NCBI GenBank assembly: GCA_947177635.1
Contig: CAMWVQ010000004.1
Coordinates: forward strand, 14,481 to 78,480
DNA length: 64,000 bases
Reading direction: 5' to 3'
Origin: an uncultured Porphyromonadaceae bacterium
GTDB taxonomy: Bacteria; Bacteroidota; Bacteroidia; Bacteroidales; Muribaculaceae
Of the stretch, positions 9,214 to 18,614 are shown piece after piece (position 1 is the first letter of the stretch; every line of letters starts with the position of its first letter). The position numbers were made by a program, and so were the translations under genes. Under the pieces are notes generated by a model. The model was not told where the DNA came from, searched no databases, and worked only from the letters and a program-made list of their open reading frames with translations.

Positions 9214-10284
9214 TTAAAGTTTGTTCTGGAACTCCTTCATTGCCTCTACAAGCACCTTCACGCTTTCGATGGGGAGGGCGTTGTAGAGCGACGCGCGGAA
9301 GCCGCCTACCGAACGGTGGCCCTTGATGCCGACGATTCCCTTTGAGGTGGCGAACTCCATGAATGCCTTCTCCTGGTCGGCGTATTCGGGCTTGAGCACG
9401 AAGCATACGTTCATAATCGAACGGTCGGCGTGGTCGGGCACTGTGGCCTCGAAAATCGGGGATGCGTCGATTGCCTCATAGAGGAGGGCCGCCTTGTCGA
9501 GGTCCATCTTCTCGATGGCCTTGATGCCGCCGAGCTCCTTGTAATAGCGGAGGGTCTGCAGGGCGGAGAATATGGGCAGCACGGGGGGAGTGTTGAACAT
9601 CGAACCCTTGTCGATGTGGGTCTTGTAGTTGAGCATCGTCGGGATGGGGCGGCAGGGGTTCTGCACGACCTCGTCGCGCACAATCACGATGGTAGCGCCT
9701 GCGGGAGCGAGGTTCTTCTGAGCGCCGGCATAGATGAGGTCGTATTTCGACACGTCAACGGGGCGTGAGAAGATGTCTGACGACATGTCTGACACCAGAC
9801 GGACGCCTACCTCGGGATCCTTGCGGATTTCGGTTCCGTAGATGGTGTTGTTTGTGGTGTAGTGGAAATAATCGGCATCGGCGGGAACGGTGAAATCCTT
9901 GGGGATGTAGTTGTAGTTCTTGTCTTCAGAAGAAGCCACCACGTCGACGTCGCCGAAGAGCTTGGCTTCCTTGACTGCCTTGTGGGCCCACACGCCTGTG
10001 TCGAGATAGGCGGCCTTATTCTTTAGGAGGTTGTAGGGCACCATGGCGAACTGGAGGGATGCTCCGCCTCCGAGGAACAGCACGCTGTAGCCTTCGGGCA
10101 CTTCAAGGAGTTCCTTTACAAGGGCCTGGGCTTCATCCATCACGGCCTGGAATTCCTTTGAACGGTGAGAGACTTCGAGAATCGACAGGCCGGTGTTTGC
10201 GAAATCCAGCACCGCATCGGCGGTGTTCTTGATGGTGTACTGGCTCATAATCGACGGGCCGGCATAGAAGTTGTGCTTCTTCAT
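9214..10284 (-). CDS. serC: Phosphoserine aminotransferase
   Basis: [41 protein letters not shown] (PLP lysine), MFNTPP and [16 protein letters not shown]. Confidence 0.96.
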   Translation of the reverse strand: MKKHNFYAGPSIMSQYTIKNTADAVLDFANTGLSILEVSHRSKEFQAVMDEAQALVKELLEVPEGYSVLFLGGGASLQFAMVPYNLLKNKAAYLDTGVWAHKAVKEAKLFGDVDVVASSEDKNYNYIPKDFTVPADADYFHYTTNNTIYGTEIRKDPEVGVRLVSDMSSDIFSRPVDVSKYDLIYAGAQKNLAPAGATIVIVRDEVVQNPCRPIPTMLNYKTHIDKGSMFNTPPVLPIFSALQTLRYYKELGGIKAIEKMDLDKAALLYEAIDASPIFEATVPDHADRSIMNVCFVLKPEYADQEKAFMEFATSKGIVGIKGHRSVGGFRASLYNALPIESVKVLVEAMKEFQNKL

Positions 10285-10343
10285 CTTGGTAAGTTTTATG
10301 TATGTATAGGGGAGAGTCGCTATAATCTAAAAGTTGTTTTTCG

Positions 10344-10375
10344 CAAAGATAGGTAAAGAATCCCTATTTTCCAAA
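10344..10375 (-). promoter_or_regulatory. sigmaA promoter of serC-serA-cupin operon
   Basis: TTTG-N20-TATCTTTG on the minus strand. Confidence 0.75.
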
Positions 10376-10458
10376 CCGATTGCGAAAATTTTCAAGATTA
10401 AGAAATCTGTCGTTGTCAGCCTCGGTATATCAGTGTTGGTTCTGTGGCTTTAGTGCGT

Positions 10459-10506
10459 GGCCCTCATCGTTAATGCCGCGTTAATATAGCAACAACGATG
10501 AGGGCC
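10459..10506 (-). terminator. Inverted repeat after the LRR gene (probable terminator)
   Basis: 13-bp arms GGCCCTCATCGTT / AACGATGAGGGCC with a 22-nt loop; weak U-tract. Confidence 0.5.
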
Positions 10507-10526
10507 TCAAATGAAGTCGGGAGGAT

Positions 10527-12047
10527 TTATTTAATCAGGATTTTCTTGCCGTTGATGATGTAAATATTGCCCGGAGCGGGGGCCTCAACTCTTCTTCCGG
10601 ATAAGTCGTAGGTGTTGTTGTCCTGCTCATTCCCGTCGATTGTCACGCAGTCGATGCCGGAAGATGGGAAATTGTCGGTCTCTATGAAATTTGTCATATA
10701 ATCCCAGCCGGTAGCTGTCGTGTATTGCTGCTTCGTCCCTACCGGTATGAATACAGGAGTTGATGGGTTCACACTTGCGAAAGGTGAACCGTCAAATTCA
10801 TATCCTTGTGCCGGGATATATGCGGGAGGAACAGTCGCTTTGCAGTAGATGCTTTTCAGATTTGAACATAAGGCAAACGCCCTGTCTCCGATGCTTTTAA
10901 GTGAGGAGGGCAATATCACGCTGTTGAGTTTGTCGCAACCCTGGAACGCATCCTGCTCGATTGATTCCAATGTTTCCGGGAAATCTATTTCTGCTATTTT
11001 GGTGCCATCGAATGCGAACTCCCCGATTGTAATCGCCCGGGAGGAAACATTGGCCTGCTGTAACGATACACATCCGGAGAAGATACTTTCCGGAACGAAC
11101 GGTAAGTTATCGGGCAAATGTACTTCGGTTAGTTCCCAGTTGTTATAGAACTGCCCCCCTTGCGGGCAAAGATAACAATTGTCAGGCAGAAATGCTTTTT
11201 TGAATCTGGAGCCCGCGAAGGCCATGCATCCGAGATACTCCAATGACTGGGGTATGTTGATTTCAGATATTTTGCAGGAGTAGAATGCCGCGCACTTGAT
11301 TGCGAGCAGAGATTCAGGCAGTGTTATTTCGCCTGTCAATCCGCGGCAATTGTAAAAAGCTTGTTCGCCGATTACTTTCAGGCTTTCCGGAAATGCCAAT
11401 TGTTCTGATGTCAGATCGATACAATCGGTGAATGCCCCACGGTCTATTGACTGCAATGTGCCGGGAAACTTGATTTCACGGAGGGAGATTGAATATGCGA
11501 CTGCCATATCACCTATTTCAGTTACTCCTTCCGGAAGAAATAATTTCTCAAGCCATGTCGTGGTTATCACCATCGTTTCCCAGTTGACCTGTTCATCTAT
11601 GTGGAATAGGGCATATTTGGGGATAATTCCGTTTTCAACCGTTGCATTCTCAAGGTTGATGATTTTCAGCTGGCCATTGAACGATGATTCCCACAGCGTA
11701 TTGAAATCATCATCATTCACCGGGCCTTCTACCGAGATGGAATCTATCTCGAATATTCTGTCACCCAGCACGGATGCGAGAGTGCCACTCTCAGACAAAA
11801 CCGCATGTGCGTATTGATTGCTTTCAGGCTGATTGCTTTCCGAACTTCTGCCGGATGCTTTATGGTTGTGGCACAACTTGAATTCTTGAATGGAGGAGTT
11901 GTCAGATGGGCAGAGTTCTTCAGCCAATATCGGAGCGAGAACGATTTTCTCGTTTTCCAAAAGGCCCGTGGCGTCTTTATGGGCGAACGCCATAAACTGG
12001 ACAGCCACCATCAGGAATATGGCTGATTTGATTCTTAAATTCCTCAT
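10527..12047 (-). CDS. Secreted BspA/TpLRR-type leucine-rich repeat protein with short T9SS-like tail
   Basis: Signal peptide (MRNLRIKSAIFLMVAVQFMAFA), about 10 repeats of the form (F/L)PxxLxxIxxxAFxxCxxL, and tail SGI..YDLSGRRV..PGNIYIINGKKILIK. Confidence 0.85.
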   Translation of the reverse strand: MRNLRIKSAIFLMVAVQFMAFAHKDATGLLENEKIVLAPILAEELCPSDNSSIQEFKLCHNHKASGRSSESNQPESNQYAHAVLSESGTLASVLGDRIFEIDSISVEGPVNDDDFNTLWESSFNGQLKIINLENATVENGIIPKYALFHIDEQVNWETMVITTTWLEKLFLPEGVTEIGDMAVAYSISLREIKFPGTLQSIDRGAFTDCIDLTSEQLAFPESLKVIGEQAFYNCRGLTGEITLPESLLAIKCAAFYSCKISEINIPQSLEYLGCMAFAGSRFKKAFLPDNCYLCPQGGQFYNNWELTEVHLPDNLPFVPESIFSGCVSLQQANVSSRAITIGEFAFDGTKIAEIDFPETLESIEQDAFQGCDKLNSVILPSSLKSIGDRAFALCSNLKSIYCKATVPPAYIPAQGYEFDGSPFASVNPSTPVFIPVGTKQQYTTATGWDYMTNFIETDNFPSSGIDCVTIDGNEQDNNTYDLSGRRVEAPAPGNIYIINGKKILIK

Positions 12048-12077
12048 ATGCGCTATTTAACTCAGGATTTTGAGATG

Positions 12078-12085
12078 CAAATATA
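12078..12085 (-). promoter_or_regulatory. -7 box upstream of the LRR gene
   Basis: TATATTTG on the minus strand, 30 nt before the ATG; -33 box non-consensus. Confidence 0.5.
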
Positions 12086-12118
12086 AGGGAAAAAAAGACT
12101 TGCAGGATAAAACTTGTT

Positions 12119-12691
12119 TTATTGGCCGGGATTTTTTCCGAGATTTTTCCGGATGCGGCTAAGATACACCGGAGTGACGAGCAAATATGAGGCTATATCC
12201 CGCAACGAGACTATGTCTAAAATCCGGGGATGCAACGTTGCCAGTTCAAGGTATCTTTCAGTCGGTGTCTTGCGGTACAGTTCAAGGTGACGGGAATAGA
12301 TTTCGCTGAATAATGTGCCATTGACAGCGGAAAGGTTGCCTTCAAACTGTGCGTTAAAAATGTTTCGTGCCTCAACGGTTCTGATTTGAAATACCGAGGT
12401 GTCGGTTCCGGCTTTTATGGAAACCTCAGATGGAAGCCCGTTGAATGAGTTGTAGTAATCGGCTACAATCTCCCCTTCGAAAGCGAACCCGACAACAGCC
12501 TCGTTTCCCTGCGATGTCAGAGTCGTGTATTTGAAATAACCTGATTCCACCACTCCGAGATACTTGGCGACACATCCCTGCTGGACGAAGGCGTTATCTT
12601 TGGGATAATGGGCGACACGGCCATTCATTCTGCAAAAATCCTTGATTGCCGATAAGTCACATTGGCTGTCATATAAATTAAAGCCGGTCAT
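12119..12691 (-). CDS. Crp/Fnr family cNMP-binding regulator (190 aa)
   Basis: Start reassigned to ATG 12691 (MTGFNLYD). cNMP-binding beta-roll (FVQQG..LGVVESGYFKY..GNEAVVGFAFEGE) and Bacteroidetes-type C-terminus TPTERY.EL..HP.IL..VSL.DIASYL.VTP.YLSRIR. Confidence 0.85.
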   Translation of the reverse strand: MTGFNLYDSQCDLSAIKDFCRMNGRVAHYPKDNAFVQQGCVAKYLGVVESGYFKYTTLTSQGNEAVVGFAFEGEIVADYYNSFNGLPSEVSIKAGTDTSVFQIRTVEARNIFNAQFEGNLSAVNGTLFSEIYSRHLELYRKTPTERYLELATLHPRILDIVSLRDIASYLLVTPVYLSRIRKNLGKNPGQ

Positions 12692-12726
12692 TTCGATTGC
12701 AAGATTAAAAATTGGAGGTGCTCGAT

Positions 12727-14013
12727 TCAGGCCTTGGGGGTGTCGGGGTGCCAGCGTTGTTGCTGGAGGAGGGAGGCGCGGTCTTCGGCGGGGTTGGAGC
12801 AGGGAGCCCAGAAGCGCGAGGAGCGGATTGCGTCGGGGAGGAATTGCTGGATGACGAAGTTGCCGGGGTAGTCGTGGGCATACTTGTAGTCGGCTCCGTA
12901 ACCCATCTTCTTCATCAGTGAGGTCGGGGCGTTGCGTATATGCAGCGGCACCGGGAGGTCGCCCGAGCGGTTGACTTCGGCGAGGGCCGCGTCGATGGCC
13001 TTGTAGGCTGAGTTGCTTTTCGGGGAGGTGGCGAGGTATATGACACATTCGGCGAGGGGTATCCTCCCTTCCGGCATGCCGATTTTGTGGATGATGTCGT
13101 AGGTGGTGTTGGCCAGCAGCAGGGCGTTGGGGTTGGCCAGACCGATATCCTCGGCGGCGAGTATCACCAACCGCCGGGCGATGAACTCGGGGTCTTCCCC
13201 TCCGGCTATCATTCGGGCGAGCCAGTAGATTCCCGCGTCGGGGTCACTGCCGCGTATGCTCTTGATGAAGGCGGAGATGATGTCGTAGTGCATGTCGCCC
13301 TGCTTGTCATATGCGGCGGGATTCTCCTGGAGACGTTCGGTGACAACCTTGTCATTTATGACCATCGGCTGTCCGATGGGGGTGGATTGTTCGAGCAGGT
13401 CGAGGATGTTGAGCAGTTTGCGGGCGTCTCCCCCCGAAAAGCGGAACAGGGCGGTGGTCTCCACCACTTTCACATCGCGCTTGCGCAATATCTCGTCGCC
13501 GCTGACGGCGCGGTCGAGCAGCACCTGCAATTCAGGGGCTTCGAGTGGCTTGAGGGTATAGACCTGGGCGCGTGACAGCAGGGGGCGGATTACCTCGAAC
13601 GAGGGATTTTCGGTGGTCGCGCCGATGAGGGTCACTGTGCCGTTCTCGACCGCTCCGAGCAGGCTGTCTTGTTGCGACTTGCTGAACCGGTGGATTTCGT
13701 CGATGAAGAGTATCGGACGCCCTTTCGAGAACATGCTCTGGGCGTCGGCCTTGCACCGCTCTATCACCTCGCGCACCTCCTTGACCCCCGACGTGACGGC
13801 CGAGAGGGTGTAGAAGGAGCTTTCGGTGGTGTTGGCGATTATCTTCGCCAGGGTGGTTTTCCCGACTCCGGGAGGCCCCCACAGAATGAACGAGCTGACA
13901 TTCCCTGAATCGATCATCCGACGGATGATGGCTCCGGGGGCTACCAGGTGAGACTGCCCTATGTATTCGTCGAGCGATTTGGGCCTGAGACGTTCTGCGA
14001 GAGGTGGGAGCAT
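12727..14013 (-). CDS. rarA: Replication-associated recombination protein A (RarA/MgsA AAA+ ATPase)
   Basis: PLAERLRP, Walker A GPPGVGKT, Walker B LFIDEIHRF, GATTENP, ISAFIKSIRGSDPDA, EDIGLANP and VPLHIRNAPT. Confidence 0.95.
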   Translation of the reverse strand: MLPPLAERLRPKSLDEYIGQSHLVAPGAIIRRMIDSGNVSSFILWGPPGVGKTTLAKIIANTTESSFYTLSAVTSGVKEVREVIERCKADAQSMFSKGRPILFIDEIHRFSKSQQDSLLGAVENGTVTLIGATTENPSFEVIRPLLSRAQVYTLKPLEAPELQVLLDRAVSGDEILRKRDVKVVETTALFRFSGGDARKLLNILDLLEQSTPIGQPMVINDKVVTERLQENPAAYDKQGDMHYDIISAFIKSIRGSDPDAGIYWLARMIAGGEDPEFIARRLVILAAEDIGLANPNALLLANTTYDIIHKIGMPEGRIPLAECVIYLATSPKSNSAYKAIDAALAEVNRSGDLPVPLHIRNAPTSLMKKMGYGADYKYAHDYPGNFVIQQFLPDAIRSSRFWAPCSNPAEDRASLLQQQRWHPDTPKA

Positions 14014-14044
14014 TTTTTTGATTTTCCTTTCTTGTTCTTCAATA

Positions 14045-14052
14045 CAAAATTA
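14045..14052 (-). promoter_or_regulatory. -7 box for rarA
   Basis: TAATTTTG on the minus strand, about 30 nt upstream of the ATG. Confidence 0.55.
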
Positions 14053-14245
14053 ATGAAAAAAGATGGTGGAAAGTTGCCCACCCGTGTTAACGAAAATTAA
14101 ATTAAAGAGGAAATGGTTTCGACCTCACGGAAAATGGCTAAATTTGGTATCCTGTTGTAAGGTCTGCGTGTCTCCGAACTTTCGGAGAGTGCAGGCGTTT
14201 AACGATAAAGGACACTTTTTAATAACGAGATAATTCAACTTTGTT

Positions 14246-14476
14246 ATGGCACGAGACGATGAAAGACGCGACATGGTTCCCTCGACGATGAGAATCGTGT
14301 TCGGCATCATAATGATAATTGTATATGTGGGGATGGGTGTGTTGCTGCTCATCAACTTCTTCGATTGGGGAGGCGGTGTAATGCAGTGGCTCCGCTGGAT
14401 TGGCGGTATAGCCTTCATCCTCTACGGCATCTGGAGGGCCATACGGCAGTTCTGGGGCATCGACAGTTCGCTCTGA
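14246..14476 (+). CDS. Small two-helix membrane protein of unknown function
   Basis: 76 aa with two hydrophobic segments (IVFGIIMIIVYVGMGVLLLI and WIGGIAFILYGIWR). The true start may be a later Met. Confidence 0.7.
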   Translation: MARDDERRDMVPSTMRIVFGIIMIIVYVGMGVLLLINFFDWGGGVMQWLRWIGGIAFILYGIWRAIRQFWGIDSSL

Positions 14477-14542
14477 AAAGAGGATGTTGCCACGTGACGC
14501 GCGGGAAAATGGGCATACTCTCCCCGCCCCGCGTGAAAAAAA

Positions 14543-14574
14543 TTTCGCGGATAGTGAAAAATAATGTAACTTTG
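14543..14574 (+). promoter_or_regulatory. sigmaA promoter for the PstS-like/TPR genes
   Basis: TTTC-N20-TAACTTTG, 21 nt before ATG 14596. Confidence 0.65.
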
Positions 14575-14595
14575 CGTCAAGCAATACAGCGGATT

Positions 14596-15591
14596 ATGAA
14601 CAGACATAAGGTCATAGCGTTTATGGCGGTGTTTGCCATGCTGGCAGGCATCCTGGCCGGTTGCAACTCGAAAGGTGGCCGCAAGGAGGCCCCCAAGGGT
14701 AATTCCGCCACGGCCGGCACACTGGTGATGGCTTGTGACGCCTCGTTCGAGAACATCATGCAGGATGAAATCGAGGTGTTCGAGTTCTGCTATCCCCATG
14801 CCTCCGTGCTTCCTTATTATATTGATGAGAAGGCGGCGATAGACTCTGTGGTGCTCGGCAACGCCCGGGTGGCCGTCGTTTCGCGTGAGCTGACCAAAGA
14901 CCAGATACGCTACCTCAAGGAGCGCAAACGGGTGGCAAAGACGAAGAAAATCGCCGTCGACGCCATCGCCGTCATCGTCAATCCCGACAATCCGGTTGAG
15001 AACCTGTCGATAAAGGAGTTGCGCGAGATTCTGACCGGCGACGTCTCCCGTTGGGATGAGCTTTGGCCCTCGAAGCTTGGCAACATACAGGTGATATTCG
15101 ACCACAGCGGTTCGAGCATCGTGAAATATATGGCTGACTCGCTGATGGATGGCCGGAAGTTCCCCGCGAATGTCTACTCCGCCCAGACCATCCCGGCTGT
15201 GTTCGAGGCGGTCAAGAACCGCAAGAACGCCATAGGGCTTGTCGGAGTCAGCTGGATTTCCACCGATATGAAGACTGCCGACATGTCGACCGAGGAGAAG
15301 TTCAAGACCCTTGAGGCCGACGACACGACGACCACCGAATTCACCGACCAGGTGAAAGTTCTCCCGATTCGCCGCGACAGTTCGCTTGTGGCCGTCAAGC
15401 CTTACCAGGCCTACATCTTCGACGGCACATACCCCCTCTACCGCTCCATCTACATGATAAACACCGGAGCGTCAGGAAGCCTCGCCAACGGTTTCTTCTC
15501 ATTCGTGACCTCTTTCCAGGGACAGAAACTGATGCAGACCACCGGAGTTTTGCCCGCCCTGGTGAGCCACCGACAGGTGGAGGTGAACTGA
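14596..15591 (+). CDS. PstS-family periplasmic binding lipoprotein
   Basis: Start reassigned to 14596 (MNRHKV..MLAGILAGC lipobox). PBP2 motifs IAVDAIAVIVNPDNP, LSIKELREILTG and YPLYRSIY..LANGF.SFV.S..GQKL. Confidence 0.82.
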   Translation: MNRHKVIAFMAVFAMLAGILAGCNSKGGRKEAPKGNSATAGTLVMACDASFENIMQDEIEVFEFCYPHASVLPYYIDEKAAIDSVVLGNARVAVVSRELTKDQIRYLKERKRVAKTKKIAVDAIAVIVNPDNPVENLSIKELREILTGDVSRWDELWPSKLGNIQVIFDHSGSSIVKYMADSLMDGRKFPANVYSAQTIPAVFEAVKNRKNAIGLVGVSWISTDMKTADMSTEEKFKTLEADDTTTTEFTDQVKVLPIRRDSSLVAVKPYQAYIFDGTYPLYRSIYMINTGASGSLANGFFSFVTSFQGQKLMQTTGVLPALVSHRQVEVN

Positions 15592-15652
15592 TTCCCGCAG
15601 GGGACTAAAACAATGGAAAAATAGTAATAACGCATAAACAGAAACAGAAAAG

Positions 15653-17287
15653 ATGAAATTAAAACTCATGTTCTCCCTGCTCCTTGGCGGCGCGATGTCA
15701 ATGGCCGCCGAGGGATACATGGATGGTGTAGAGTACTTCCGTGCCGACCAGCCGGAGGAAGCCGCAATCATCCTCAACAATACCCTCACCCAGCCCGGCA
15801 CCGACCAGGCCACTGCCTACTATTACCTCGGCCAGATTGCCCTGCAGCAGGGTGACAAGGCCCAGGCAAAGGCGATGTTCGACAAGGGTGTCGCCGCCGA
15901 CGCCGAGAATGGCTACAACTATGTGGGTCTTGGCTCGCTCGCGCTGGCTGCCGGAGACACCAAGGCCGCTGCCGACTATTTCAAGAAGGCCAAAGGTCTC
16001 GCCAAGAAGGATGCAGACATCCTGACCGAGATTCCCCGCGCCTATTTCGAGGCCAACCCTGTCACCTATGCCGCAGAGATTGACAAGTGGCTTGCCGACA
16101 TCAAGAAGCAGTCGAAGAACACCGCCCCCGCTCCCTACATCCTCGAGGGTGACCGCCTGGCCGGCACCAACGTCGGCGATGCCGCCGGTATGTATGAGAT
16201 GGCCGCCACTTTCGACCACGAGTCAAAGAACGCGCAGGATGCCCACCCCGAGGCTTACGTGAAATATGCCCGCGTTATTTTCAAGGTCAACGAGAAGGCC
16301 GCCATCGACAAGCTCCGCGAGCTGCTGACCTACCAGCCCAACTCCGCCCTCGTGCAGCGCGAGCTGGCCGAGAAGCTTTACGACGCCAACCAGCTGACCA
16401 ACGCCGCGAAGCAGTATGAGGCTTATATCCAGAACCCCAACTCCTTCCAGAAAGACAAGCAGCGCCTGGTAGGTCTGCTCTTCTTCGCCCAGCGTTACCC
16501 CGAGAGCTATGACCTCGCGACACAGATTCTGGCAGACGACCCCTCCAACTTCTACATGCAGCGCATGCAGTTCTACAACAAGAAGGCTATGGGTGACACC
16601 ATCGCAGCCGTGAACGCCGCCGAGGCCCTGCTCGCCAACCCCAAGGCTCAGGTAAACTCTCAGGACTATTCACAGTATGGCGAACTGCTGACCGACATGG
16701 GCAACGACTCCCTCGCAATCGTGATGTATGAGAACGCCGTGAAGGTTGATCCCCAGAAGACTTCCCTGCTGAAAGACCTTTCCCAGGCTTACAACCACGG
16801 CCTGCGTTTCCAGGAAGCCGCTGACACCATGCAGAAATACATCGACCTTCAGGGTGACGATGTCGACCCCAACGACCTGCTGGCCCTCGCCCTCCGTTGG
16901 AACGCCCTCTCATCGGCGCAGCAGAAGGCTGAGAACCCCGACTGGCAGGCTTCCTCTGAGAAGGCCATCGCCGCCATCAACCGCGTGTATGAGATGACCC
17001 CCAGCCATCCCCTGGTGCTCAACCACCGCGCCCGCATCCTGCTCGTCGCCAACCAGAACGAAATCAGTGACCTCGTGGCCCAGGCTGACCTCGAGACCCT
17101 TGCCGCCCTTGACTCCGACCCCGCCAACCTGCAGAACCGTCAGGCCATCTACGTGCAGGTGCTCGGCCGTCTCGGCAACTACTATGTGACCAACCACAAC
17201 ATCGAGGAGGCAAAGAAGATGTTCCAGCGCTTCTATGAGATTCAGCCCTCCGAGGAACTCCAGAAGTATATCGAGACCCTCAAATAA
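15653..17287 (+). CDS. Secreted tetratricopeptide-repeat protein
   Basis: Signal peptide and repeated TPR-like helices (AYYYLGQIALQQGD..AKAMF, YVGLGSLALAAGD..AADYFKKA). Strongly C/G-ending codon bias similar to pgm. Confidence 0.8.
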   Translation: MKLKLMFSLLLGGAMSMAAEGYMDGVEYFRADQPEEAAIILNNTLTQPGTDQATAYYYLGQIALQQGDKAQAKAMFDKGVAADAENGYNYVGLGSLALAAGDTKAAADYFKKAKGLAKKDADILTEIPRAYFEANPVTYAAEIDKWLADIKKQSKNTAPAPYILEGDRLAGTNVGDAAGMYEMAATFDHESKNAQDAHPEAYVKYARVIFKVNEKAAIDKLRELLTYQPNSALVQRELAEKLYDANQLTNAAKQYEAYIQNPNSFQKDKQRLVGLLFFAQRYPESYDLATQILADDPSNFYMQRMQFYNKKAMGDTIAAVNAAEALLANPKAQVNSQDYSQYGELLTDMGNDSLAIVMYENAVKVDPQKTSLLKDLSQAYNHGLRFQEAADTMQKYIDLQGDDVDPNDLLALALRWNALSSAQQKAENPDWQASSEKAIAAINRVYEMTPSHPLVLNHRARILLVANQNEISDLVAQADLETLAALDSDPANLQNRQAIYVQVLGRLGNYYVTNHNIEEAKKMFQRFYEIQPSEELQKYIETLK

Positions 17288-17317
17288 TACTCCGTGGTCA
17301 AGAAAAACCGCTGACAG

Positions 17318-17352
17318 AAGTGCCCCGCGCGTATGAGCGCAGGGCGCTTTTG
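17318..17352 (+). terminator. Terminator-like hairpin after the TPR gene
   Basis: Imperfect stem AAGTGCCCCGCGC / GCGCAGGGCGCTT followed by a T run. Confidence 0.55.
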
Positions 17353-17360
17353 TCGGCTTT

Positions 17361-18164
17361 ATGGACAACCCTATGAACATCATTGAAATAATGCGCCGCA
17401 GGGATTCCTGCCGTACTTACAACGGACTGCGCCTCGACAAGTCTGCAATCACCTCCCTGGAGGATGAAATCAGGGTTTTGCCGAGGCTTTTCGAGGATGT
17501 GGCCTCCCCGGAAATCCGTGTCGTCGACAATGACGGGGCTGAGGGGAAACTCGGCACATACGGATTCATCACCGGCGCGAGGCAGTTCCTCGCGATGGCC
17601 TCCGGGAAAACCCGGGCCGAGCAGGTGCAGGCCGGATTCATGTTCGAGGCCCTGATTCTGAAAGCCACCGGAATGGGGCTGGCCACCTGCTGGCTTGGCG
17701 GCACTTTCAGGCGCGGGGCTTTCAGCGAGGCGTTCGGGAGTCTCGGTGAGGGGATGGAAATATCGATAGTTTCCCCTGTCGGGCATCCCACACCCAAACG
17801 CAGGTTTGCCGAGAGGATGATGCGCCGTATGGTGAAAGCCGACCGCCGCAAACCGTTTGCCGACCTCTTCCGGGGTGTAGCCGAAGACACCCCGATAGGG
17901 CGCGTGCTTGAGGCGGTAAGGCTTGCCCCCTCGTCATCAAACTCGCAGCCGTGGAGATGCACGGTGAGCGGCGGTGGTGACGCAGGTGACGGTAAAGAGG
18001 GACAGGTGACGGTTGAATTCAGCTGCGCCGCCTCCGGACGTTTCGCCCCCGTGGATATGGGAATCGCCTATTGCCACTTCCTGCTTGCCTCCCGCCAGGA
18101 GAAGCTTGACTGGGAAATCGAGGACGCTTCAAATCCGCTGGGGCTTAGATTCCGCTGCCGATAG
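17361..18164 (+). CDS. Nitroreductase family protein
   Basis: RRDSCRTY, ILKATGMGLATCWLGGTF, RRKPFADLF and AVRLAPSSSNSQPW; start may be 17373. Confidence 0.85.
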   Translation: MDNPMNIIEIMRRRDSCRTYNGLRLDKSAITSLEDEIRVLPRLFEDVASPEIRVVDNDGAEGKLGTYGFITGARQFLAMASGKTRAEQVQAGFMFEALILKATGMGLATCWLGGTFRRGAFSEAFGSLGEGMEISIVSPVGHPTPKRRFAERMMRRMVKADRRKPFADLFRGVAEDTPIGRVLEAVRLAPSSSNSQPWRCTVSGGGDAGDGKEGQVTVEFSCAASGRFAPVDMGIAYCHFLLASRQEKLDWEIEDASNPLGLRFRCR

Positions 18165-18404
18165 GGCGGCAGCCTTTATGGCTGTCGCTTTGGGACGCCA
18201 GTGTCCCGAAGGTGAGGAGTGTCCCTTTAACTGTTAAAACCGACATAACAACCATTAAAAACTTGCCGCTGCTGAACATTGCCTGTTAAAAAGTCCTTAT
18301 AAATAGTAAAGCGGGTGACACCGGTCTGCCTCCGACCGACCCCGCAGACCAAAATTCAATCATCAGGGAGTGCCCGACGGTTCTCCCCTAAAAACAGGGC
18401 TACG

Positions 18405-18608
18405 ATGAATACAGGCAAAACTATCTTCTGGGCAGGTTTCGTGATCACACTCGGCATAATCATAGCCTACCTGCTGACAATGATAATCGGAGTCGAGGCA
18501 TTCGCCGGCTGGATTGTCTCTCTGTCGCTTTGCGGAGTGGTGATGGTCGGAGCCGTGCTGATGATTATCGGACGAGCCATCGAGAAACGTTCCGGCGGTG
18601 ACTTCTGA
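18405..18608 (+). CDS. Small two-helix membrane protein (67 aa)
   Basis: ATG 18405; two hydrophobic stretches and a basic/acidic tail; ends 6 nt before the S8 peptidase start. Confidence 0.55.
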   Translation: MNTGKTIFWAGFVITLGIIIAYLLTMIIGVEAFAGWIVSLSLCGVVMVGAVLMIIGRAIEKRSGGDF

Positions 18609-18614
18609 TAAGCC

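Noticed and set aside
12692-13048. Apparent 119-aa extension making a 309-aa Crp fusion
   Set aside because: It is an alternate-frame overlap with the rarA 3' end, low-complexity Arg/Pro-rich; the Crp domain starts at 12691.
14596-15591. Calling this a phosphate ABC (pst) operon
   Set aside because: No pstC, pstA, pstB or phoU in the window; only the binding-protein fold is supported.
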